Under the pieces are notes generated by a model. The model searched no databases, had not been told where the DNA came from, and worked only from the letters and a program-made list of their open reading frames with translations. The position numbers and the translations under genes are program-made. A stretch of DNA of 64,000 nucleotides from Amoeboaphelidium protococcarum X5 (lineage: Eukaryota; Fungi; Aphelidiomycota), in contig JALDTO010000213.1 of the NCBI GenBank assembly GCA_023515725.1, positions 186,001-250,000 on the forward strand, written 5' to 3'. This document shows, piece by piece, positions 29,760 through 44,395 of the stretch (the stretch's first letter is position 1; each line of letters begins with the position of its first letter).

Positions 29760-30742
29760 GTTAATTACAATTTTTGCATCTACTCAAAGTTGCGCTTTTG
29801 TGGTTACTCATCTACTTGTTCCCAAGTATTCCCTCTATCTTCTGCAGATGGCGAAGCTGAATAGAGTTACGACAAGTGGTCCGCAAGTTGAGCGCGAGTT
29901 GATCAACTTACGGACATCTTGTCCTCTTAGTCATCTGTACTCTGCTTTTGAAGATTCTCTCTTTAACAACTTTACAACTGTACAGGATAGTTTGATGAGG
30001 ACGCGTTTGTTAACATACCGCGTCGCTTGTTCAACATGAGGACGGTTGGTCCTAATCGCCGCGCGATGCCTATTCTCGACATACACTGCTTTTACTTTCG
30101 ATCTGGTGCTAAGAGTGTACACAGTTCACAGTACATCTCAGTTGGCGCCGTCAATCTTGACAGAGTGCTGCTAAAGCTGTTTAATTGTTCCAAAAATCAA
30201 TCAGCTTTCACTTGACGACATTAGAGACTAGGACGCTATCTGCTGATTCCATACCCACCTCGACTTGGAAAACTTTCATTCTTAAAGCTTTGCATCACTG
30301 AATACAACTTCACACTAATCATCACTACTGAACAGCTTATGCAGTGACTATTCGCCCCATTTTCGATCGCGATCGACACCTCATCATTAACAAGTCACTG
30401 CCTTTGCACGTAACGAAACAACGACTGACCCCTGATCTTTCAGAGCCATAACGTAACTCGAAATACACCTACCTATTCGAATGTTCATAAAGATCTGACA
30501 AGGTCGCTTATATCACATTGACACTGGAATGCCAGTCACACATATACAGACGCAGTAAAAGCATGCTAACGCACATTCTCCGAGGTCGATGCTTCTTGAT
30601 CTTGAATTGAAAATCATATCACCGAGAGCAGCGGTCGCCCTCTCTCTAAGCGCGAGCGAACCTGAAGAATTGCCACGCGACTTACCTTTCGCAGAGAGAT
30701 TGAGTTTACATTACAAGAACAACTTTTAGTTGCTGATTTTAT

Positions 30743-31738
30743 ATGTCCCTCCTTGTGGCAGTTATTGACATTAATCCCGCATTCGTTGATGGAACTTAGT
30801 TCTAGTCATGTATAGAAAGTTTATGCACGTATTTTAAAGCATATTAGATGATGCATATGGGTAATCGTGTCGAGTTTATATTCCCTTCTCCTCTATTCGG
30901 CTCCGGTAACGATTTGGACACATTGTAGCATTAGAAATAGACTATGACCACTGATCTTAAAGGTTCTTCCATGTCATAGCGAGTGTTGCCTCTGGATCTG
31001 CTAGAAATACAAAATAGATTTTTACATCAGTATGAACTATCGCTAAAGTCCTATGCTTAAACGCGGGGAATATCATCAGCTCTCGGTCGTGCGCTTTGCT
31101 TTATTAATCGGCGGTCACAAGCATTGAATGGAGGTCCTGTGCATAGTCAAGTAAGAAATTACAATATTTAAAATGATCTTGATGTTGGTGGTTAGTAGTA
31201 GATATTTGTGTTCTCCACTAGCCCTGATAATAAGTCTGAGTACATTCCGCTTATGAACACAGTGTTCACATGTCAGCGAATGGGTGTTAGAGTGAACGTC
31301 TGTCGCTTTAATGCTTAAACTACTGAATAGAGTATTGCCAGTGGTGTAGAATTGGGTAGTTCGAACAATGTAGCTAATCACAAGGTTTAGTAGAGTTCTG
31401 TTTTCATGCAACAGGTAGCTCACATTACGCGCGGTGTGTATATAGATGTGGATTAATAGGCGATGCTTACCTCGGCGCTCTTAAGTGCTTTCATAGTTCC
31501 CGGTAAAGTTGATTCTGGACTGTCTTATGGCAATACTTTGAATGCCAGTGTGACTTCTGAAGGTGCGAGTCATGTGGTGGTGCCTTGCCCGTCTAAAGTC
31601 GATCTCAGGGCCACTTGCTTCTGCCATGGTGATATAGTAGATGTGGCATACGTGTGCTCCGTGTGCCTGGCTGTGTACTGCGATTTGAGCAATTAATGCA
31701 AAACGTGCGGTACTCATTACGGACGAGTTGATCGGTGA
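30743..31738 (+). CDS. TFB4: TFIIH subunit Tfb4/p34, 331 aa
   Basis: SLLVAVIDINP, ISSALGRALCFINR, YIPLMNTVF, MQQVAHITRGVY, VDLRATCFCH...VAYVCSVCLAVYC...CKTC. Confidence 0.93.
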
Positions 31739-31948
31739 ATTAGAGATTAAGATATCAGTACAAATGCTCTGCATTGTTAAAAGTCTGTGGTCAACCATTA
31801 GGGGGTGGTCAATGTGAAATTTCTTGTCTCTTTTGATGATGATCCTAAAGGATTACCGACCGGGCTACTTTAGCCTTTTGAGGCTGACTGTTCGTATATT
31901 GCTAAAATAATTCAATTAATAAAGTAACCGTAGTTTATATTTTAATGC

Positions 31949-34502
31949 TCAAGAAGCAGTTTCATTCTCAAAGCACTTGAGATCCAAGGCGCGAACATAA
32001 ACCTCCATTGCTGGACAAGCATCAGTCAAGATAGGCTAATTCAATCTTCTTTCTCTCGCTTCCTGCTACCTGAATATGTCGGCAATCTTCTTCATAATTG
32101 GACTCTTTATAGACATTAGCTTATTAAATCGCTCAGCATATTCCTTGGTCTTCGTTGTGATTAAATCACCTTCATCATAAAGCCATTCGGATACTTCAGA
32201 CAGAGTTTACCTGATCTATTCTCTTTCGTGATCTAAGGTAATTTGCTGCACATGCTCCACGTCCAAGTAATCCATGAACGAATACACAAAAGATTCAAGC
32301 TTGTTCCTTGCATCCTCACGCTCTACTCTTAGCGTCTCTAATCTCTTGTACTGAGCCAGACTATCAATAATATTCTTCTTCTACTGATCATCAAGAGGAA
32401 TGTATCCAAGTGCTTTGGTAGTGACATTAAGTTTGACAATCTTCACTTTAGGACCTGAAATATCTTGTGCGGTTGAATTTAGACTAGATGAAGAATTAGT
32501 CAACTTACTACTGTTGTCCAAAGTTGAATTGCCCTTCAGAGTGTCATTCTTTCCAGCATTAGTGTTCTTTACTGGAACTTCACTGTCTTTTGCTGCATCA
32601 GATGACTACTCGTCCAAGTTGTCTGATGTGCCATCTTACGGGACACCATCACCGTCGCTATCAGACTTGCCACCAAACAGAGACATCACAGTATCGCGAA
32701 TTGCATCACCCACGCCCTTTTGCTACTTTTTAGCATCATCGCTACTTGATAGCTGCAACTCTAAATACGCATCTTCAACTGATACCATGTCGTTGGCGTT
32801 CAAATAAATCACCACTTTCGATTTTGTATCGCCATCTTCCGCAATCTGATCCTTGTATTTGGTCAAAGCTTCACTGATACCACTGATCTAAATAGAAGCA
32901 ATATCCTTACATCCAAGCTACTAGTCTTTCTCTGAGTCAGTATCATATTACAGCAAGAGCTCAAAATCAGAATCTCTTTTAAACACCATCCTTTTTCTAC
33001 TATCTAACAAGGACCCAGCTTTGAACAATTTCTACTACACAATCTTTCCTTATTCTGCAACACTAGAATCCGTACTTACCGACTACTACTGCTGCTGCTG
33101 CTAATAACTGATCTTTATAGTATGAGCTGCGATATCCTTTATAGAAAACTCTCGAACTTTAAATTAAGGACTAATCTAGGCGGCACGTAGCGTTGCTCCA
33201 AGCACGGCAGCCTCATCTGCATTGACGTGTTTAGCTATTTTATCAGCTCCAACAAGACGTTACAATCCTTATTAGACGGCAGGTACACGCTAACCGCCGC
33301 CGACTAGGACGAACGATTAGATATCTTTTAAAGTGAGATTAGACGACTGAATGACTTGATCAATCGGATTACCGATTCTCTTCAACAAGTCTTGGCAAGA
33401 GTTCTCAAATTCTGCCCTTCTAACAGTAGTCTTGAAATCAATGTCATGGAATACACCTTCCACCGAGGCCTGGGCATCAGTATTAGCACTCAGAATGTGC
33501 TTGACACGATTAGCCTCCCTCAACAGCTTGGACATTGCCCTGTGATCTTTCGTGATATCATCTTTCAATTTCGCACCAACACCTTCTTTGAACTTGCGCA
33601 CCAACAGCTACTACAATCTGGTATCAAACTCATGTCCTCCCAAGGTACGATCATATCCCATGGCCAACACTTGGATGGAAGTGACATTCTTGGTCATACG
33701 CGACTTTGGTGAAATCTTCTCCTGGATGGTGCGAAACTCAATCAAGGATGCAACAGTACTACCAGCTCCGAAATCATAAAATATATGATACTAAGGCTTG
33801 TCATCAAACTGTCTGGTGGATGCGTAGTTCAAAGCAACTGCTGTCTCATCATTCATTAGACTGAGGACGCGGATACCAGCCAGTTCTGCTGCATCAATCA
33901 AAGCCTATCGCTCATGTTGAGTCCAGAACGGAGGGACAGTGAGCACCGCATCTCTGACAACTTCCTCTGCAAATTGCTCCACCTGATCGCGAGTGTACGC
34001 AAGCTGCATTGCGATCAATTCTTCTACAGTGAACTCAGTATCCGACTGGCCATCAGCAGCGCCACCCTTATGCTTAAATGCACAAGTATGGCGCAGGGAA
34101 TCCTCAACCAATTCATTATCGCATCCCTCCTGAAATTACTGAACCAAAGAGTCGTTATACAGGCGACCAACCAAATTCTTCAACTTTCCATAAGCTTCCT
34201 TTGGTCTTTTAACTCCCTACACAAACGCATTAAATTAGTTGTAAATGATATGAATAAAGTACTCTTGTCGTTCAACTTACCTAGCTCACGCCTTCGCTAC
34301 CAAAATACCTAATTCCATCTCTAATTGTCACAACAGCATCAGCCTTGCGCTTCGAATCCTTCGTGAGCACCAAGTCCATTGGGATGCCAGGCTTCACCAG
34401 GCCAACCTTGATCCACTCTGTTCCAAAGTCAATTCCCATAACAGCAGCCTGACAAGTACCAATTAATGCAGCGGTAATAGAAGCGATTATAATAAACTTC
34501 AT
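31949..34502 (-). CDS. HYOU1: ER Hsp70 nucleotide-exchange factor Lhs1/GRP170/HYOU1, 829 aa, one intron 34217-34280
   Basis: Signal peptide, AVMGIDFGTEWIKVGLVKPG, SKRK, VEELIAMQL, TVPPFWTQHER, YDFGAGST, LLREANRVKHILSAN, HVNADEAAVLGA, RNKLESFVY, EWLYDEG. Confidence 0.92.
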
Positions 34503-34810
34503 TTCCCCTTAAGTGTAGATGATGACACTCCTCCACTGCAAGCGAAAAGATAATGAAGTTCAGTACAAGCAAGGCTTTTATCTTCTTGTTCAGATCGAGA
34601 AAAGTTTCTTGAAGTTGAAATCGAGCGAGAGAGATCACAGTAAAGAGCCAATTGTCCATTTCGCGTGCGCGTTTCGTTATTCCACCTGAAGGCTGAATAG
34701 GGAAGAGCAATACAAGATATGCTGATAATGAAAATAATAAATCCTTATAAAGTAGTAGAGAGGCAAAATTAAGTGAAAGATATCTTTATTCAAGTACCAT
34801 ATATCAAATA

Positions 34811-36985
34811 TCATTAACTAGGACAGTCGTTTTTCAGCCAACGGAAAATCTCCTTGTGCCATTTCAGTGAGTTTTCATTGTTCAGTACCCAATGATTCTC
34901 GTCTGGAAACAGAAGGAATCGAGATTTGACGCCACGTCTTTGCAATGCAGTAAACGCGCCGATTCCCTAGTCAAGAGGAACGCGGTAGTCCAAAGCACCG
35001 TGGATAAACATCGTTGGAGTCTCCCACTTCTCCACCAATCTAGAAGGGTCCCATTTGCTGTACACCTCAGGACTCTCCCATGGTGTGCCTAGGAATTCCC
35101 ACTCATCAAAGTACAGCTCATCCGTGGTGAACCACATTGATTTGCTGTCAAACACGCCGTCATGATTAACGAAGCATTTGAACATCTTGTCCTGATTGTT
35201 ACCATTCAGCCAATTGATCATGAAGCCACCATAAGACGCGCCTAATCCATAAATGTTATTGGCATTGAACACCTTGCCGCCATACTTGGACACGGCATAC
35301 TTGACGCCGGTGACAATATCTTCATACGGATAAGATCCCCAGTTTCCTCTAATGGAATCGGTAAAGTTCTGACCAAATCCAGTTGAGCCGTGGAAGTTGA
35401 TCATTAGCGCCGCATAACCTTGAGCGGCAAACACTTGTGGATTCCAGCGATAACTCCACTGATTGAGCCAAGCACTCTATGGGCCACCATGGATTAATAC
35501 AGCGAGTGGCGGTAATTTGCCGTCAGCTTTCGCAGCATTAGCACTAGGATGAATAAACCAGCCTTGAACTGATTCATCACGAGCACCGGTGAATGTGATA
35601 TTCTCAACAGCTCCATACTTTGTACCCTTGACCAAGTTATCATTATCATGAGTTAACAAATGCATCTAGGACACACTTACATCAGAAATTTCAGTGACTA
35701 ACGCAACATCAGTAGGGTGAATATAACTAGACACAATGGCGTAAAATTAGCCACTTGATTCACTCTATGCACCGGCAGGCTTTACATCCGAGACACTGTA
35801 CTCCTAAAACTACTTATTAGCAATTTTAGACAATCTACCATTAGCCAAGTTCAATTTCAACAGCACAGAGCGTCCACGATTTTCCGTGATGATGAATGCC
35901 ATCTAGCCTTAGTTGGCCAGCTCGTAACTCTTGACAGAGATATCATATTGGCCAGTGAGTGACTCAACATTAGAGCTGCAAGACTTTTTGACGCAGACAC
36001 GATATAAGACATTCTTGTCCGCCTCATAGCCTGCCCTCTCCATCTCTAAAAAGTATACCCAATCGCCAACTAACTTTGGCCTTGATCGAGCACCCTCTCC
36101 ATCACCATTTACTTTACGCAATGACTGAGGAGCCTTAGTATCCAGCATGAAGATATTTGTATGAGTGGCCCATGCCTGACGCGATTCGCCATTATGAGCA
36201 AAAGTGTTAAACACAAGATACTGACCATCATCACTGAAATTATAATCAGCAGCATCTGGGAAAGGCTTCACAGGAGTACTCAACGAAGGGTGATGGACCA
36301 TCAGATTCTTAGCAGAATCAAAATCGACCACCTTATCCTTACTATCCAAATCAAAAGGTACAGTGAATATATGGCTAACTTTTCCATCTTCATACTTGTC
36401 CCAATGACGCATGTACAAGTTATCAAACACCTGACCAGTGGATTTCTCATCGCGCTTCTTCGCCTCATCCCTGGCCGCGGTACCTTTCAGAGTAGGCTCA
36501 TCTGGGTACACATAGCTGGAGAAGGCGAAGAATTTACCCTTGACGTGATACTTGAGATGATCAATAGGATACTTGATGTCAGCAATAGCCTTTGCCACCA
36601 GTTTGTTATCACCGCTATGCTCTAGAGTGGTAAGCATCAACTACTGCTTTCCATCTTTGGACCTGATAAATGATAAAGCATTCTCTTTCAGCCACACGGG
36701 GCTAGAATCCTTGACACCAAGAGACGCGTCAGTGCTCACCTACAGCGTGCCAAATTGAATATTCACCTTTGACATGCTCTATCCAGATTGGCGATCATAA
36801 TGCGATACAACATACGCAGCCAAATTGCCACTAGGGCTCGTCACCAAATCGCCATACTTGTACGCGTCAATCAATTTCTCTGGAGTCAGCAGTTAATCTT
36901 AGCCAGCAGAAGTGCGCATCAGTGGAATTTATCCTGCACTCAGGCAGCTAGCCATAAGGCATAGCGAAAATATTACCGCCTTCAT
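34811..36985 (-). CDS. DPP5: Secreted S9 peptidase (dipeptidyl-peptidase V-like), 724 aa
   Basis: Signal peptide; YMRHWDKY, LIHGGP, nucleophile GASYGG, HGALDYRVP, FPDENHWV. Confidence 0.9.
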
Positions 36986-37370
36986 ATTATTGATCAGTCA
37001 ATTAATTAATCTATCTATTGACAATGATATGATGATAAGTGGGAAAAACTAAAGTAAGAAAGGGGCCGTGATGATAGAGCGAGATATATTATGGGCGAAT
37101 GATCACGCAATCACTAGCCACGAGTTCGTGATCTAATTACTGCAGCCGCAACACATCAACATCTCTGAGCGTCGCAAATAATCAACTTGCGAATAGTTCT
37201 TTGGTAAAAGATAAAATTTATTTAGAGCAGTGAAGTCTAATGATTTGCATAACTGTCACAATAACGCGCATTCGATGGCAGACAATCTTCGTATTATTAG
37301 TATGAAAATCGCATTATTACAAGCTCCGTGTTATAATTCATTTCATGATCTATCATAAGGGACAAAATAG

Positions 37371-38702
37371 TCATTGATTCTTGGCATCGCACAAATTTAC
37401 AACGCCAGGCAGCTCCTTACCTTCTGCCAATTCAACGGAACTACCACCACCAGTACTAACATGCGACACTTTATCATCGGCATTCCATTTGGATACTGCA
37501 GTAGCCGTGTCACCACCACCAACAATGGAGATGGCTCCATTCTACGCCGTTGCTTCAATGACAGCATCAAGGACACCTCTAGTTCCCGCGGAGAAGCTAT
37601 CAAACTCAAAGACACCCATTGGGCCATTCCACAGGATGGTCTTGCTCTTCAACACAACCTCCTTGAACTTCTTTACAGATTCGCTGCCGACATCCAGGCC
37701 CATCAACTCGTCCTTGATGCCAGACTTATCATCAGCATATCCAACTTCGGCATCTTTCGCAAACTTGGATGCAGTGACATAGTCCACAGGGAACACCAAC
37801 TCTACATTCTTGCTCTTGGCCTTCTCCACCAACTTCTTCACAATCTTACCGCCCTCTTCATCAAACAGGGATTTACCAATGGACACACCATCCACAACCT
37901 TCTTGAACGTGAACGCCATACCACCACCAATGATCATCGCGTTAACCTTATCCAATAGATTCTCAATCAGCTAAATCTTATCAGACACCTTGGCACCACC
38001 AATGATGGCCAGGAATGGACGCTGCGGATTCTCCAATGCCATACCAAAAAAGTCCAACTCCTTCTTCATCAGAAAGCCGGCAGCTCTAGTCTCCAGCTTA
38101 ATACCAACTACAGAGCTGTGTGCACGATGCGCAGTACCGAAAGCATCATTCACATACACGTCACCCAACTGCGATAAGGATTGTCTAAACTTTTCAACAT
38201 CTTCCTTGTTCGCCTTCGCCTTATTCCCTGACTCATCCTTCACGGATCCCTCCTCCTCGATGTGGAAGCGCAAATTCTCCAGCAGAATAACTTCACCATT
38301 GGCAGCATTCTTGCACTGATCCTCAACCTTCTAACCGACACAGTCCTCCAAGAAGGTTACTTTACGCTTCAGCAGTCGCTCCACCTCAGCAGCGACCGGC
38401 TTCAGAGAGTACTTTGACACCACCTTACCATCAGGTCGGCCCAAGTGGGACATCAACACTACAGCCTTGGCTCCATTCTTCAGACAGTGTTCAATAGACG
38501 GAATCGCTGCCACTATACGCTGATTATTGCTAATCTTGCCATCAGCGAATGGAACATTAAAGTCGACACTACATGTTCAATACAGTACATGGATAATGTT
38601 CATCAATCAACATCAGTTCAGATGATTGTCAACTTACCGCATCAATACACGCTTTCCCTTGACATCAATGTCCTTCAATCCCAACTTGTTTCCAATCTTC
38701 AT
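37371..38702 (-). CDS. PGK1: Phosphoglycerate kinase, 420 aa, one intron 38569-38637
   Basis: KRVLMR^[48 protein letters not shown][TAG][23 protein letters not shown]. Confidence 0.98.
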
Positions 38703-38853
38703 ACTTTAAACTTTCAAAATTATAATCTTACTGAGTGAGATCACAATAAATTAAACACTTTCGCGTTAAAGAGAAAGCTTCGTCGGCGGCTTACTATGAC
38801 TGGTAAAAGTCAAAAAATCAAAAGTAAACAAGTTTCAACAATATTATATTCAA

Positions 38854-39870
38854 TCAGCTATTAAACCAAACACTGGGCTTCAGTGGAGTATTAATAAGAG
38901 TCTCGCGTGGCTTCAGTTTCTGAGGAGGTGCAAGTGATCTTCTCTTGCTAGCACTTGTGGGCTGCCAGTTGGAGCTGTGACGTCTTTTTGCAGGGGACTG
39001 ATACCTTGATGGCGATTGAGTCCGCTAATTCTAAAAATCAGTTTTCATACTGGTGACGGTGCAGAATGATGATGATGAATTCTCGGATACCACGGATCTG
39101 TTCTCCACTTGAGACTACCTGTCAGCACTGTTGTATGGTCTTTGAATCAGCATACTGACACACAGTCTACATAGCCAGTCATCATTCTAAAGCTGACGTT
39201 TTGTTACAACTTGTAGAACTTAGTGTTGTAACTTGATATTCACAGACTCTGCTCTGGCATCTATTACATACCCATACGGCAAATCCACGGCTTTATACGG
39301 CTTCGCGCAATGCCCACATATCCAATGATTACCGCCACCAATTTCATGCTTGTGAACATCAACTTCTGAGGACAATTAGCCATGTAGATCACCGACATCG
39401 CCATTCAACTCCTAATAATAATCTTCATCTGTTTGACAAGCCGCGTCACGGAAAACGCGTGTTTCAGTCTGGCTTTCACTGTTTCTCATTTTCAATCCAA
39501 CCGCGAGTGAAAGTGTTTCGCGTGTTAGATGAGCTTGATCGACATGCTCCTGAGCGTCTTGGTAATTCTCTACCACTGTTTCATTTACGTTGATGGTACA
39601 TACTCTGTTCTCATATTCATGATCAGACACGGCATCATGCCACTCAGTCTCTTAAGATTCCGTGTTTTCCAATTTAAGGTATGGACTATTTTCTAATTCT
39701 TGTATTTTATCTAATGATTTTAATTGATTTTGAGCAATTAAAATTTTGTCTACTAGACTAGCGTTAGAGCCAACAATCTTCACATTGAACTTTAGACAAT
39801 ATTTCTTGAGCTTATTCCGATCTAGCGTTTAAAGATACTCTCTACCTAATTCTGATTCCATTGCCGGCAT
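38854..39870 (-). CDS. Hypothetical protein with N-terminal SAP-like motif and CxxC...CxxC pair, 338 aa
   Basis: LQTLDRNKLKKYCLKFNVKIVGSNASLVDKIL; CGHC...CRLC; basic S/P-rich tail; open with TAR=Gln. Confidence 0.7.
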
Positions 39871-40168
39871 ATCAATCAGAAATAGTGACAATAATTAGAA
39901 TACAAACACACAGTGCAGACTATATGATGGGCGTAAGTGGAGTGGAACTGCCAGAAGAAGTTACACCACGAGAGATGAAGTCGGTCGGCTCTGGTTGAAA
40001 CAAAGTCAGAGGCGACGAGAAGGACGCGTTACGGAGCTGCAACGGTTGCGTGGAGGTTTTATTTACATTTCCGTTTCGCTAGACTTTAGTTAACATTCTC
40101 CTACTGTTTAAACCGAACATTTATTAGTGCTTCCAATTAAGGCGCAAGTTACCTGCAATAAGAACTGA

Positions 40169-41140
<972 letters not shown>

Positions 41141-41841
41141 GTACGGGAGTTGTCTTGCTGCGTGTGACTACCACTTACATGTATCTGTCTGTGTGAAGAA
41201 TATGAAATCATTATTATCATCAATTCTATCATTTATTACAAGAGAAAATCACCACTAGTCTGCAATATTCCTGTTGATGATACGCGCTCTCACTTTACAT
41301 TCAGCGGGTCATCAACATCAGATTTATTGCACCACTTACGTATCAAAGTACACAAGAAAACTACAGTAAATCCTATTTAACCATAATCAGCGAGACATTT
41401 CGAAATTGAAACAAGTTGATCTTCTACGGCATGTGAAATAGACGTTATGCGCGGAAAGAAGATGACGCTCATGTCGCGTGATGTTACGACGGCCAGTTGG
41501 CATTCTCCAGCGCGAAAGAAATCTCGGAAATCTTTCTTCTTCAAAACCTCTCGGCGCTTTGATTTCTCTTTGTCTCTTCTCATTTCTTCCTTTCCTTTTT
41601 GTTTCTTTCTCACAATCAATCAGCAGCACTTTCCTCAGTTGTCCTCTTTAAGTAGAAGCAGTAAATTTGATTTAATCTGCTTTTAAGTATTAGTTTGTGC
41701 TTTAGTCTAGTTTGGAAGTCTTGGTCTTGGTTAAAAAGCCGTTTAAATCTGTATACATCTTGATTTGCAATCATCTCCATCTTGAGATCAAAGTAGTAAT
41801 TGGTTGGATATTCAGTAGTTGCATTTTTTATATATATAAAA

Positions 41842-44124
41842 ATGAGTAACGCTAGTAGTAGTGGAAGCATAGTGAGCAATAAGAACAGTAGTAATAATAA
41901 TAATAATAGTGCCAGTAGTGGACATTATAAAACTCACATCAGATCATCGTCACATTCTGTGGAGTAGAGTGGCAGTTCTGGTCATCATGGTAAAAGTCAT
42001 CATCATCATCAAGTGTTTGACATTGATCATCTGCTCCATTCGACTTAGAAATCTATAAGCGGCAAGAAGAGTAATGCCTCAATATCTTCTGCCGCGTCTG
42101 TGAAGAGTAGTAAAAGTAATCACTCTAGTAGTCATGAAAGTCATCATCATATTTCATCATCGTCATTGGCAAAGAATCGTAAAGATATTCGATCTAGTGC
42201 TAGTCATCATCATACTAAATAAAAGAATGCAAAAGAGTTGAAATCTCATCTTGTTTAAGAAATGTCGTCTCTAGATTCTAGTAATTAATACGGTTATGAT
42301 AATAGAGATTCGCATTAATCGCAACTCCATGGTATGGATTGGGATCATGATTAGTCGTAGAAAATTGGGAATGATATTGAATTGGATAAGGATCTAATGT
42401 TTAATGCCGATTATGAAGACAATTAGAATGGAGTATTTGATGATTAGGAGCCTGACGAGGATGATTAACATTTTATGGACATTGGATCTGGTGGTGAGGA
42501 ATCTGTATTGTCATTACCTTTTAAAGATTAGAAATTGACCAGCTTTGCTTCTTTGCCTGATGTTGCTATGAAAGCTTAGAGTTCGTCTATTAGTATGAAA
42601 GGTGTTTAGTAGTAAGAGTTAAAGATTGCTGCTTAATCTCCGCCATAGTAAGCTTCAGCGACTATGAGCATCCCGAGAACAATTACCATCCATTAGACTC
42701 CAATTTAAGCTATATCGCCCACCGGATCGTTCATAAATAGTAATAATATCAGTAGCAGCTCTCTTAAAAAGAGTAATATGTAATAATAAGGTTAATCAGA
42801 GCATCAAACTGTCTCTATACGAACCGCAGATGTAGCTCCACACGCTCTACCTCTCCTGTTGAATCCGGCTAGTAATAAGAGTCAAATGAGTCACTTATTA
42901 CCACTCAGGCATGCTAATACGATTGATTTCCCGCCATCATTTGCTATGCCTCATTATTAGATGCCTCTGAATACTCATATGCCTCGCGATTAGATTATGA
43001 ATGAAGTTAGTGATTTTGACGAGCATAAGGTGGTGAGTAAGAAGAACAAGATGTTCTCCCTGAAGTTGTTGAAGAGCCTGAGGAGGAAGACTAGGAAGAT
43101 CAAGTAAGAGTTCTCCTACTCCTAGTAGTAATAGCAAGGATAATAGTCTTTTGCACCATATGCTGTTCTGCCTAAACTGGACGAAGGCAAAGAGTTTAGG
43201 CCGCCTTCACAGAAACAGTAACAGTAGACGAAATCTGGATAGCATCAGTAGTCTTTGCTTGCAGAGTATAGGAAGCCGATTTAGTAGCATGGATTCCAGC
43301 ATCTACCTCTGGAGAAGTACAAGACTATTGAGCCTAATCACAATGCATCGCTCCACTATCGGATGAATAAGACCATTATGGAGTAGGATCATCGTACTAT
43401 CCACCATTTCAGCGGGGACACTAATATTAATTAATTACTCAGCGCTTTCTCTCAGGATAATAGATAGAGCCGTGGTGATCCTTCTAATTAGAATATATAT
43501 CATCATGCGTATCAGCACAGATCAGGTGAGGTGCGTATGCTGGCAGAGGGTGAGTAGCTTCAAGATGGCAATGACATTGATGAAGATGGAGATTTCCAAG
43601 ACGATGAGGAATTTGAATCCGAGATGGAGGCTAGTGTTAGGACGGCACCTGCCAAGTTGGCATTGGCTTTGAGTGATCAGGTGTAAGTGTAAAGTGGAAA
43701 ATCTTAGCTGATGACTGGCTCACTTTACAGTGACAAGTCTCCTTAGCGGAAATCGCCTTAATCAACTGGGAAGACTCTCCTCGGTCTCTGGCAGTCGGGC
43801 AATGAGTAACGCGCCGCTGCTTAAAGTTAATCTTCTGTTGGTGGTAGTGGTAGTTTCGGTGTGGAGTAGATGAATCGTGATATGAATACTGCCCCACGTA
43901 CATTGTCTGCTTAAGGATCTAGCTAATAGTCATCAACAAACGCTAATGATCAATAGTAGTAATAGTAATAGAAGAGGTAAAAGAGTCCATTATCTGGGGC
44001 CAAGGCTTTGTTTACCAGTGGATCCTAGAGTTCAAGTAATTATAATGCTAGTAATGGTGATAGCGGCATGGGAGCTTAAAACAATGGAGGGAGTCGAAGT
44101 ATGCATAGTTAAACTCGGCATTGA
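41842..44124 (+). CDS. Low-complexity S/Q/N/H-rich disordered protein, 760 aa
   Basis: 2283-nt frame from ATG 41842 to TGA 44122-44124; no in-frame TGA in the parts read codon by codon (both ends); dense TAR Gln codons; basic patch KKNKMFSLKLLKSLRRK; no recognisable domain. Confidence 0.75.
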
Positions 44125-44395
44125 GTCGCGTATCCTTTCGTGTCCTACTTGATACAGACTCTGCATTAGCATCATTATATTATTGTCCATAGCTGCTCTT
44201 AATGATACTCTTTGATTGATCGCGATTAAATATATATGAAGAGTTAATTACTTTAAATAGCTTTTACACTGATTTTGTCTTGTTTTGCCTTGTTTTATTG
44301 CGCCAAACTTTTACCGCTCGCCTTGTCTCTCTGACTCTCGCTAATATCAATCAAGTACCAGCAGTCGGCAATTTCAATATTTCTAAATCGATTTG

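Noticed and set aside
37374-38319. Long antisense ORFs over PGK (and similar ones over GFUS, PFK, DPP5, HYOU1)
   Set aside because: Shadow ORFs from codon bias on the opposite strand; no recognisable motifs.
41377-41879. Short ORFs upstream of the disordered-protein gene
   Set aside because: Arise from pyrimidine-rich and AT-rich promoter/5' UTR sequence; no coding signature.
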